From positions 135,346,001-135,410,000 of the forward strand of contig NC_042997.1 of NCBI RefSeq assembly GCF_006345805.1: a stretch of DNA of 64,000 nt. Direction: 5' to 3'. Both the position numbers and the translations under genes were made by a program. Under the pieces are notes generated by a model. It saw only the letters and a list, made by a program, of their open reading frames with translations, made no database searches and was not told the origin of the DNA. Below are positions 36,470 to 47,321 of this stretch, in pieces (the stretch's first letter is position 1; the number at the start of each line of letters is the position of its first letter). Source of the DNA: Octopus sinensis. Taxonomy: Eukaryota.

Positions 36470-38579
36470 GGGTTTTGCAGTCAATTTAGTACGTTTGTCA
36501 TTCAGTTTGATAATCAAGTCATTCAAAGTCGCGAAAAAAGTTAGTGCCATGAAGTTAGTCATTCAGTTTCGCTTTTCGATCATTCAATTTCGCACTTCGG
36601 TTGAAGAATTTGGCATTTACATCATTCAGATTAAAATGCCGATCGAGAGCATTCAAATTAGTCGAAATGCGAGGAAGCGTCTTTTCGAGCATTCAGATTC
36701 GCCTGTAAGCATTCGAGTTCGGAATAAGATTATTCAGTTTAGCACCAATTTTACATGTGTGTTTTTACTTACATTCTAAGAAGTGTATGTTAAAAATGAC
36801 AAATTTAAATGACATGTTTTGTCATACAAATTTTATTATGTTGATATAGCTATGAATAAGAAATTAATTACGTGATTATTCTGTCCACGAAAGTCGTTTT
36901 CATTGCAACATCCGTAACCGGTCAGTATCAGTTGCATTTTGTATCCCTTTCTCTTACACCAACTTGTAATCATGGAGGCACCCGTAAGGTACATGCGTAT
37001 ATCAGACAAAAGTAGAGCAGGGTTGGTTGACGCTTTTAAGGGGCATCAAACCGATTACCTGCAACTGGCAGACACACTTGGCATTAACAGGATTAGTGAC
37101 CGATCCTAGTAACGACCTACCTACTGTCTGGGAGGGCTACATGTTGCCCAGAGCAGGTTAAGATTAAAGACGAAATGTGAGCCAAGCTTCAAGTGATTAT
37201 CAATGCCAACCCACTCGCATCCCTTCAACGATGAAGAGGGATTTAGAGGCAGCATTACCCGGAAAGCCGTTTGTTTTCGTGTCTGCAATCTCACCGGCTC
37301 TAGATGGGATATTGATAACTATGAAGTTAGCCGAAGACGTTCCAGATGCAGGACATACTTCAAGAACTCTAGAAAAGCGTTATGTGTACGCGCATTGGTT
37401 CATGGAAGAGGGAGACGCCGACTAATGCGTATTCACTGATGAATGTGGTTCGGGAGAAATCGGCCTGGTTCATCACTCCATTGAGAACGAAGCCGTTACC
37501 CGAAACTCTTTAGAGGAATTCTTGGTGCAAACAGTTCGAGCATGTGCTGACATGTTCCTATCGAATGAATCCGTCTATCTGATCTACGGAAATTCGCGGC
37601 CACACGTTCGTGCCGAGCTCCCAGCTGATGCCGACCCACGGATCAGTGTGTAACTTCTGATTCCCTACTCACCGTCTCTTGATTGTACAGAGATGGCGCA
37701 TTTTGCCTTTAAGACGGTTATCAAGCGGGACCCCGCTCGAGCTGAGTTGCAACAAAGGGTTGGCGGCCGAACAGCTGGAGAAGAAGCCGGCATGACCACA
37801 GAAGAATGACGAGCACATGTCATACAATAGGTCGCAAGACGTAACATCGATGCTCTCACTCCAGAAAATTGTGTTCGATGGTGTAGTCACACTCAGACCT
37901 ATCTTCCGTGATGCCTCTTCAACGAACTCTCCTTATCAAGACTGTAAATCAATAATTATCTTAATGCGTATAGCACCCTTTCTCCGATGAAAGAAAAAAT
38001 GGAAAATCAAAGAAATATATTCTTTTCCCACCGAGATATATTATGCAAAGGAAGAGCACATATTACGGCATAATGTATTCAAAATCAAAGAAAAATGAGC
38101 ATTTGTTGTTATTGTGAGTTTATTTAAAAAGATTGAAAAGACTGGAATGCGAATACATGAAGCATTTAACAATAAATACATGTACCTGTGTAACAATAAA
38201 AGAATACATAGATAAGACGTGGGCGCGATAGAGTGATTAAAGCACAAACAATGGATGAAAATACATGATTATGATAACAATGATTATAAGATAAAACCAA
38301 AACGGCTATCATGTTAATTTGATTGCTCGAAGTGTTAAATAGATTACTCCCAAAAGAATTTGAATGCTCGAAAAACGTTGCATGCCGACGAATTTGAATG
38401 CTCTCGACGAGCATTTTAATTTGAATAATGTAAATGCTAAATTCTTTGACCGAAGAGCGGAACTGAATGGTCGAAAAATGAATTTGAATGACTAACTTCA
38501 TGGCGCTAATTATTTTGCTACTTTGAATGAACCGATTATCAAATTGAATGACAAACGTACGAAAATGACTGCAAAGACC
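36470..38579 (+). mobile_element. IS630/Tc1-like DNA transposon with long (~230-270 bp) TIRs and a decayed transposase
   Basis: TA on both flanks. Ends GGGTTTTGCAGTCA and (rc) GGTCTTTGCAGTCA. Transposase from ATG 36972: DYLQLADTLGINR, CVFTDECG and IPYSPSLDCTEMAH, with stops and deletions. Confidence 0.85.
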
Positions 38580-39826
38580 TATATTTCATCTTTAAAAGTT
38601 GTGTTCAAGAGTAAATTTCCTTGGTCCAAAAAAGACCTTCCATAGATTTTTAGTTTTTAACTATTTACATTTGTAGGTCAATGCTATATTCAGGACGGTA
38701 GATTAACAAATATCGTTAGAGCGTCGGGAAAACGTCTTGCCTAATTTGTTGTGGTTATTTATATTCTTAATCAGAAATCCAGTATATATCTATTTTTCCA
38801 TCCATTATTCCAAAGATAATAGAATAAATTACCAACAAAATATTTGGATCTATTAAATTTACTGCTAAGCTGTTGCAACATATAAGATACAAGTATGGTA
38901 AAGTAGAGCTCGAATTGTGGTAAACCTTAATGTGCATGGTCAAGGAGAATGACATTTTCGATGGCACTGTGATGCAATTGGTATTACTTGTCTGTATCAT
39001 CCTATAATATTTTCAACATAACACAGCACACTAACACACACTCACACACACACACACACGCGCGCAAGCATACACCGAAATATATCCTTGCAACAATGAA
39101 AAAGACACAAAGGAAAAGAACAGGTTATGGTTAAATTTCAAAACTTTCAGCATTAAAATATTCTATTCTTAGTTTTCTTGTATTCATGAGATATCATATT
39201 TTTTAAGTGCAGTTTGGCTTTTCTTGAAAAAAACTTTTGAGATAAGTTGGCAGTTAATTTTGATTTGGTTAGTTATTTCTTTTGCTTGTGTCTTGAAGTT
39301 ATGAACGTTCATAATTTTAATAATCTTTTTTTGCATTTCTCCCATTCATATTCTTTGTTTTTTCTTGTGTTCTTTTCTTTTTAATTTCCATTTAAGTTTT
39401 CTATATGCATCTCATACATTTTACTTTGTCTTACGTTAGTATCTTCTTAAATTAGTAATTGCAATACTAGGTTTCTCCTCTTTCAAAGTTATTGCTGCCG
39501 GGTGTCACGTTTTGTGAATAAAACATAGCTGAGAAATAAGCATGCGCTATGAAAACATATTACTCTCGCATTTCTGACAATTTTTTTTCTGAATCTGAGA
39601 AAGAAATGAAGTTTGTATTGTTATTTAGATCCTAATCGTTTTTATTTAGCATCAGTTCAATTAGGTTGGCCAATGCAGTAGCTTGCACAGTCACCTTTTT
39701 ATACGTTTCATGAATCAAGTACGATGTATGCACTTACCTTTTTTTGACATTAGAACGGATAAAACAACTTCCGTTCGTACTTCTTTGACATTAACCCATC
39801 GCTGATTCAATTTGTGCTTTGTTAAT

Positions 39827-41690
39827 GTTAGTTAGTTAGTTAGTTAATTTGGCTCAAAAGCAAATAACAAGGCCATGTAGGGGGACATGGAGTTAAGTAC
39901 AGGGTGGTGTTCATGTAAAGAGTTCAGGCCACTTGAGTTCCAGGGAGGCTTTGAACAAAGCGGTCGTCGGCATCTTCACCATCTCGTCTGGCAGCTTATT
40001 CTACGGATCCGCAACCCGGACGGAGAAAGCTCCTCTCCTTCGATTGAGATGAAATCGTCGCAGGTAGAGCTTTTCGGAATGACCCCGCAGCCGACGCTCT
40101 GGAGCAGGAGTGAAGAACAGCTCTTTCGAGAGGTTACACTTTCCGCTTATGATGTTGTGGGCGAGAATGAGATCACCACGGCGGCGGCGTTTTTCAAGAG
40201 AATAAAGGTCGAGCGTCCTCAGCCTTTCTTCGTAGGACAAATTTTTGAGACCATGAACCATGCGGGTAGCCAGCTTCTGGAATCTTTCGAGATGCTGTAT
40301 GTCTTTGAGGAGATAAGGAGAAGAGGCTTGAATTCCATACTCCAATATGGGTCTCACCAGCGTGACATAGAGTGGTAGGAATATGGCTGCTGTGAGCATT
40401 CCGAATGACCTACGAATCAAGAACAGAATTCCGCGTGCTTTGTTGGCAGCATGGACGCACTGGGCCGAAGGCGAAAAGGAGGAATCCACCAAGATACCCA
40501 GGTCCTTTACCTGATCGGTCCTCTCCAGCAGCAGACGACCCGGCTCGAAATCAAGTTGAGTTGCAGGAGTAGAGCCGACAGGCAGATGACAGCATTTTGA
40601 CACGTTCAGACACAGGTCCCAATCGTTAGACCACTTCCAAATTTGGTGGAGGTATCGACGAAGATCCTCTATATTACCGCGAGGAGCGACCAGTTTGATA
40701 TCGTCGGCAAATAGAAGTGTGTGTTGCGTGAGGTCGTCGGGCAAGTCATTTATGAAGACTAAGAACAACAAGGGCCCAAGCACTGAACCTTGAGGCACGC
40801 CACTGCTCGCACTGGAGACGTCGGACCCCGAACCATTAACTTGGGCTTGGAAGGAGCGATCTGAGAGGAAGGCACCAACCCATCGTACAATATCCGGATG
40901 GAAACTATATGCTTGAAGCTTGACAAGTAATATGCGGTGGTTTACCGAGTCAAAAGCTTTGGCAAAGTCCAATAAAACGATGTCAACAGCATCACTATCA
41001 TCGAGGATGCGCGTCACCAATTCTTCCATTACTAGTAAGTTGGTCAAGCATGATCTCTTCGGCACGAAGCCGTGTTGGGAATCAGAGATAGAGGCTGTGT
41101 TTAGGAGGTGGAGCATCATACTTTTCTTAAGGATGGTTTCGAACATCTTGCTGATTATTGATGTAAGGGAAACCGGTCGGTAGTTAGGCGGGTCTTCGCG
41201 GCTCCCTTTCTTGAAAATTGGGCAGATTATCGCTGTTCTCCAGTCTGCAAGTATAACACCCGTCGCCAATGACATATTGAATAGTCGTGTTAAGGGCTCG
41301 CAGATGACCGGAGCCAACGCTTTGATAACCCGTGGGTGTATGCCGTCAGGACCGTGACCCTTGTTGACATCGAGGCCTTGAATAACACGTTTGACTTCGT
41401 CCCGCGTGATGACCAATCGAAGCATTGGAGGTACCGATCTATCAAATGGAGGGGGTTCACGACCATCATCTTGTTTGAAAATAGTTGAAAAAGCCTCGGC
41501 AAATAATTGACTCTGTTGATAAGGGTCCTCAATCGATACGCCTGTTGAGTCTACCAACGTTGCAATCTGGTTGTTCAAGCGGGAATTCCGCTGGACATGG
41601 GCAAAGAAGGTTTTTGGATTGCTACTGGCATTTGCCGCGATTTTGTATTCATAACTGAAGCGTTCTTTCTTTTCAATTTTCACGTTTGTG
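39827..41690 (-). mobile_element. Young 5'-truncated CR1-type LINE (RT ORF2 fragment, 560 aa open)
   Basis: KGHGPDGIHP, NYRPVSLTS, GVPQGSVLGPLLF and FADD intact. One late nonsense codon (ADP*NKLP); native stop at ~39911. Short 3' UTR with a CCATGT-CCCCCT-ACATGG stem-loop and a (TAAC)5 tail. Confidence 0.95.
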
Positions 41691-41939
41691 ACTAATTGGC
41701 AACTTGCGCAACCTTACGAAATACGTTTCTTATATGAGTCATATCGCAATGAATTTTAAATAAGTTAATGTAACACTGCACGTATACTCCCCAATATCTT
41801 CGATCATTTCTATTATACTTGCTGCTTGGATACGCAGTGACGAAGTAATATCGTTGGCTAATCAGGCCCATGCTACTTTCGTTAACACAACTGATGTGTT
41901 TTATACTTTTTCTCTCTCCTTCGTTTTCATCTCATCCTC

Positions 41940-41965
41940 CTTCATCATCATCATCATCATCATCA

Positions 41966-42002
<37 letters not shown>

Positions 42003-42038
42003 GTTGTTGTTGTTATCATTATTATTATTATTATTATC

Positions 42039-42109
<71 letters not shown>

Positions 42110-42155
42110 CATCGTTATTATTATTATTATCGTTATTATTATTATTATTATTATT
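41940..42155. repeat. (ATC)n/(ATT)n microsatellite (tail of the 42155-42700 element)
   Basis: Directly visible. Confidence 0.95.
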
Positions 42156-42700
42156 GAGTGAGCGAGCAGAGCATGCCATCAAAGTGACACTGGGATAAAA
42201 TATACGAAGCCCAGTATACCCATCATGACTACCCGTCTGATAAGGGTACACCAGGCACATGCATCACAACCATATGTGCGCGACATGGTGATCTCATATC
42301 AAGATAAACAGCACATGACCTTGCAGGTGGAGCCCAGTTAGAATTTTCTTCAGATCGAGTAACTCATCCCGCTCAAAAGGTCCCTGAATAAGGGTTGTTT
42401 AAGGACGTTGAACGAAACACCCATGTTTCCAGGGGTGAATTATTCAAACCCCAAAGAATCCTTCTCAACACATGGCTATGATGCTCCCCCACTACTTCTG
42501 CTCGTGATCAGAGATGCCCATATCGTCAGCCCCTAAGGGACATGCTCAACTGGTTACGGTCAAACAACTGACAAGCAAATCTGTGGTATTGAGCAGAATA
42601 TTTGCTGTAGCCCATCTTTTATACCAAGACAAAACAATGTACATGATAACACTTCCAATCAGTTAAGATCAGAAGCCATGAGAGCCACTGCCTGGTACTG
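42155..42700 (-). mobile_element. (TAA)n-tailed non-LTR 3' fragment (copy 3, longest)
   Basis: Reverse complement of 1-368 plus ~190 bp more 5' sequence. Confidence 0.75.
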
Positions 42701-42725
42701 GCTCTCATGGCTTCTGATCTTAACT

Positions 42726-42776
<51 letters not shown>

Positions 42777-42819
42777 GCTGAATCACTGCCCTGTGGAAGG
42801 TCGATTCAGCTACTACATA

Positions 42820-43225
42820 TCTTATATTTTTGCTGCCCAGAAGGGGCTACACACAGAGGGGAAACACAAGGAGTGACAAACGGATTAAATCGATTATATC
42901 GACCCCCAGTGCGTAACTGGTACTTATTTAATCAACCCTCGACCTTGGCGGAATTTGAACTCAGAACAAAGCGTCAGACGAAATACCTATTTCTATTTCT
43001 TTATTACCCACAAGGGGCTAAACACAGAGGGGACAAACAAGGACAGACATAGGTATTAAGTCGATTACATCGACCCCCAGTGCGTAACTGGTACTTAATT
43101 TATCGACCCCGAAAGGATGAAAGGCAAAGTTGACCTCGGCGGAATTTGAACTCACAACGTAACGCAGACGAATACCGCTAAGCATTTCGCCCGGCGTGCT
43201 ACCGTTTCTGCCAGCTCGCCACCTT
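42820..43225 (-). mobile_element. SINE family C dimer
   Basis: Head GGTGGCGAGCTGGCAGAAACGGTAGCACGCCGGGCGAAATGCTTAGCGG on the minus strand. Two core and tail modules. Confidence 0.75.
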
Positions 43226-43289
43226 TCTTTTTTCTTTTTTTTTTTAACGCTAAGCATTTCGCCCGGCTTGCTGATGTTTCTTAAAGAAT

Positions 43290-44205
43290 TTCCTTATTAG
43301 CAACGTTGTCAGTGTAGATTCCTTTCATACTCTTATACCCTTTGTGTTAGTTGACATAGTGATGAAGTAGTCTGGCTTTCCAGACTCTCTCACCAGAGCC
43401 ATTCCCGCTTGGAAACATTCCCTGTAAAACCGAGGAGAAGCAGTATGTGATGGCAGAAGAATGATTTTAGACCCTACGTCATTCATGTCACTGTTTGCAA
43501 TAGCATTCCGAAGGCATTGGTACTTTTCAGTCTTAGGTTGTTTCTGATGAGTTCCCAGGAAGTGTAATCGATCTTGCTCTATCTTTGCATATTGATCTAC
43601 TGCATATTGTTGCATCAGAAAAGTCTACCTGCCATTATGCCATGGAACTCGTCCTTCCTTACCTGAAGTCGATAAGAATAAAAGTCACATTCAGTGATGT
43701 TTTTTTTTTCCATCATTGTCTTTCAAGAATACATTCCAGTCATCTTCCCCATAGGGAAACAGAAATATATGAAGAGGGTTATCGCTTCGGTGGATTTGAC
43801 TAATGTGATCTAACTTCCCATTGCTCTCTCTCTCTCTCTCTCTCTACCGCACATCAACATCCGCAGGTTTAATGTTTGGATGATTGGTATTATCTCCCAC
43901 CCTAATCATAGCATCTTCTGATGCAGTCGTTGGGTTATACATTCTCCCATGTGACCCAGCAGGAATAACCTTTTATCATGACTTATGTTAATATCACCGG
44001 TGAAACATTTTCCTGGTGCAGAGTATTCCTTAATTTTATCAATAGCCTCTTTAAAACTTCTAATATGGATTGTGCATATGCAATGCTCTCTGCAAGTCTG
44101 GCAGGATGTTCTCATTAAGGTCATTGTCAGCTCCTCTGAATGATAAGCTGTTTCCCATCTCATTTTTAGTGTCAACGAAATATAGCTGTGCGTTGACTGG
44201 CTTTC
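43290..44205 (-). pseudogene. Helitron Rep (replication initiator, N-terminal part) remnant
   Basis: LQRALHMHNPY, QYAVDQYAKIEQDRLHFL and SPRFYRECFQAGMALVRESGKPDYFITMSTN (Rep motif 1, GKPDxFIT). Confidence 0.85.
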
Positions 44206-44311
44206 TATTTACTGCTCGTCGATAAATTAAGTACCAGTTGCGTACTGGGGTCGATCTAATCGACCGGCTTCCTCCCCAAAAATTACGGGCTTTGTGCATA
44301 GAGTAGAAAAG

Positions 44312-44357
<46 letters not shown>

Positions 44358-44439
44358 TATTATTATTATATTATTATTATTATTATTATTATTATTAGCT
44401 GAATCACTGCCCTGTGGAAGGTCGATTCAGCTACTACAT

Positions 44440-44845
44440 ATCTTATATTTTTGCTGCCCAGAAGGGGCTACACACAGAGGGGAAACACAAGGAGTGACAA
44501 ACGGATTAAATCGATTATATCGACCCCAGTGCGTAACTGGTACTTATTTAATCAACCCTCGACCTTGGCGGAATTTGAACTCAGAACAAAGCGTCAGACG
44601 AAATACCTATTTCTATTTCTTTATTACCCACAAGGGGCTAAACACAGAGGGGACAAACAAGGACAGACATAGGTATTAAGTCGATTACATCGACCCCCAG
44701 TGCGTAACTGGTACTTAATTTATCGACCCCGAAAGGATGAAAGGCAAAGTTGACCTCGGCGGAATTTGAACTCACAACGTAACGCAGACGAAATACCGCT
44801 AAGCATTTCGCCCGGCGTGCTACCGTTTCTGCCAGCTCGCCACCT
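44440..44845 (-). mobile_element. SINE family C dimer (duplicate)
   Basis: Copy of 42820-43225. Confidence 0.75.
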
Positions 44846-44909
44846 TTCTTTTTTCTTTTTTTTTTTAACGCTAAGCATTTCGCCCGGCTTGCTGATGTTT
44901 CTTAAAGAA

Positions 44910-45826
44910 TTTCCTTATTAGCAACGTTGTCAGTGTAGATTCCTTTCATACTCTTATACCCTTTGTGTTAGTTGACATAGTGATGAAGTAGTCTGGCTTT
45001 CCAGACTCTCTCACCAGAGCCATTCCCGCTTGGAAACATTCCCTGTAAAACCGAGGAGAAGCAGTATGTGATGGCAGAAGAATGATTTTAGACCCTACGT
45101 CATTCATGTCACTGTTTGCAATAGCATTCCGAAGGCATTGGTACTTTTCAGTCTTAGGTTGTTTCTGATGAGTTCCCAGGAAGTGTAATCGATCTTGCTC
45201 TATCTTTGCATATTGATCTACTGCATATTGTTGCATCAGAAAAGTCTACCTGCCATTATGCCATGGAACTCGTCCTTCCTTACCTGAAGTCGATAAGAAT
45301 AAAAGTCACATTCAGTGATGTTTTTTTTTTCCATCATTGTCTTTCAAGAATACATTCCAGTCATCTTCCCCATAGGGAAACAGAAATATATGAAGAGGGT
45401 TATCGCTTCGGTGGATTTGACTAATGTGATCTAACTTCCCATTGCTCTCTCTCTCTCTCTCTCTCTACCGCACATCAACATCCGCAGGTTTAATGTTTGG
45501 ATGATTGGTATTATCTCCCACCCTAATCATAGCATCTTCTGATGCAGTCGTTGGGTTATACATTCTCCCATGTGACCCAGCAGGAATAAACCTTTTATCA
45601 TGACTTATGTTAATATCACCGGTGAAACATTTTCCTGGTGCAGAGTATTCCTTAATTTTATCAATAGCCTCTTTAAAACTTCTAATATGGATTGTGCATA
45701 TGCAATGCTCTCTGCAAGTCTGGCAGGATGTTCTCATTAAGGTCATTGTCAGCTCCTCTGAATGATAAGCTGTTTCCCATCTCATTTTTAGTGTCAACGA
45801 AATATAGCTGTGCGTTGACTGGCTTT
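44910..45826 (-). pseudogene. Helitron Rep remnant (duplicate)
   Basis: Copy of 43290-44205. Confidence 0.85.
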
Positions 45827-45933
45827 CTATTTACTGCTCGTCGATAAATTAAGTACCAGTTGCGTACTGGGGTCGATCTAATCGACCGGCTTCCTCCCCA
45901 AAAATTACGGGCTTTGTGCATAGAGTAGAAAAG

Positions 45934-45986
<53 letters not shown>

Positions 45987-45987
<1 letters not shown>

Positions 45988-46122
45988 TCGCCTGTCGCTG
46001 CGTTCTGAATTCAAATTCCACTGAGATCGACTTCCTCTCTCATCCTTTCGGGGTCGATAAAATAAGTACCAGTTGAACACTGGGGTCGACTTGTCCCCTC
46101 CCTCAAAGTTTTAGGCATTGAG
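45987..46122 (+). mobile_element. 5'-truncated SINE family C
   Basis: CATCCTTTCGGGGTCGATAAAATAAGTACCAGTT core. Confidence 0.7.
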
Positions 46123-47281
46123 CAAATATTTGAAGATTCTAAACAGCGACGAAGATAAAGTAACCAGTTTATTCCGTAGATTATGCACAACAAATAAAAA
46201 TCCTTTAGGTAAGATATTTCGCATCATATATCTAGGTACAGCTGTTTTAAAATCTTGTTAACCACACTGAATTCTCCCCATCTTATTGATTATTATCGAG
46301 AGGTAGTAAAGATTTTGCTTCAAACTAGAGGGTTTCAAATTACAATACACAACTGGCTTAATTCTATGCAGACGTCACCATCTTCAACTGAAAGTTAATT
46401 TCTTTTGCTAGAATATGAAAAAGACAAGAAGGCAGCAAAATTAATTTCATATTAAGTGAAGGGTAAATATGTTTACACATTTCTCTTTAAATTCTGCATA
46501 ATAAAGAAAATAATAAAGCCAGGGAAACTATTGGAATTTTGAAAAAAAAATTTAATAGTAATCCACACCAAAGCCACTATGGTATTTGTCTCTATACATG
46601 ATACTTTATAATCTTTAGAAAATCTTTGAATCCATACTACCGTCCAACGACATGCAAATACAAGCAAAAAAAATTTATTTGCAGAACGTGATGTTGACTG
46701 GTTACCTAATATTTTGAAATAAAGAGGAATGAAATTGATCAAATGATACAATTAGATGTCTCAGAAATTTAACAATTAATCTTTGACAGTAAACAGTGCT
46801 ATCCAAAACCGTTGTAGAACTCAGTAATCAATTACTTTTGTTAGTTTATAAGAAATCTAAAAATATTACTATTGTAGAAAAGGAATGGGGGAAATATGCG
46901 GACAATACATACGAGCAAATAAGTAAATTTCAACTGCAGCTATCTTGTAGAAAACAATGTCGTATTTACACATATTATATTAAATGCATGCAAATAAGAA
47001 ACTAATATCACTCATGTTGTCAAAGATTATTCGAATTTATTCGGTTCAGAAACCAGAAATATATCTAATCAATTGGAGCCACACCAGAAGCTAACTTGTT
47101 TTTCATAATATAGTGTGGATAATGTAATGGGGGTTGTTTTTTTCTTTTGTTGTTTCTACCCTCCGGCTTCTAGGAACAGCCGAACTGATAAGCACTTCTG
47201 CATTTCCGAGTGTATTTAAAATGAGAGTCAACTGCAGCTGATTTATTATTATTATTTTTATTTATTTATTTATTTTTGCAG

Positions 47282-47321
47282 AGTGAAATATCTCCCAAAA
47301 CAGTCAAAGAGCTCGTTAATT
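47282..47321 (+). CDS. Candidate 40-nt exon (SEISPKTVKELVN or RVKYLPKQSKSSLI)
   Basis: Acceptor TTTATTTTTGCAG| and donor |GTATGT. Two frames are open. Confidence 0.25.

Larger units (their letters stand above)
42776..44311 (+). repeat. Tandem duplication unit 1 (period 1621-1622 bp)
   Basis: Near-identical to 44397-45933. ORFs 43325-43615 and 44946-45236 are identical. Confidence 0.97.
44397..45933 (+). repeat. Tandem duplication unit 2
   Basis: Copy of 42776-44311. Confidence 0.97.
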
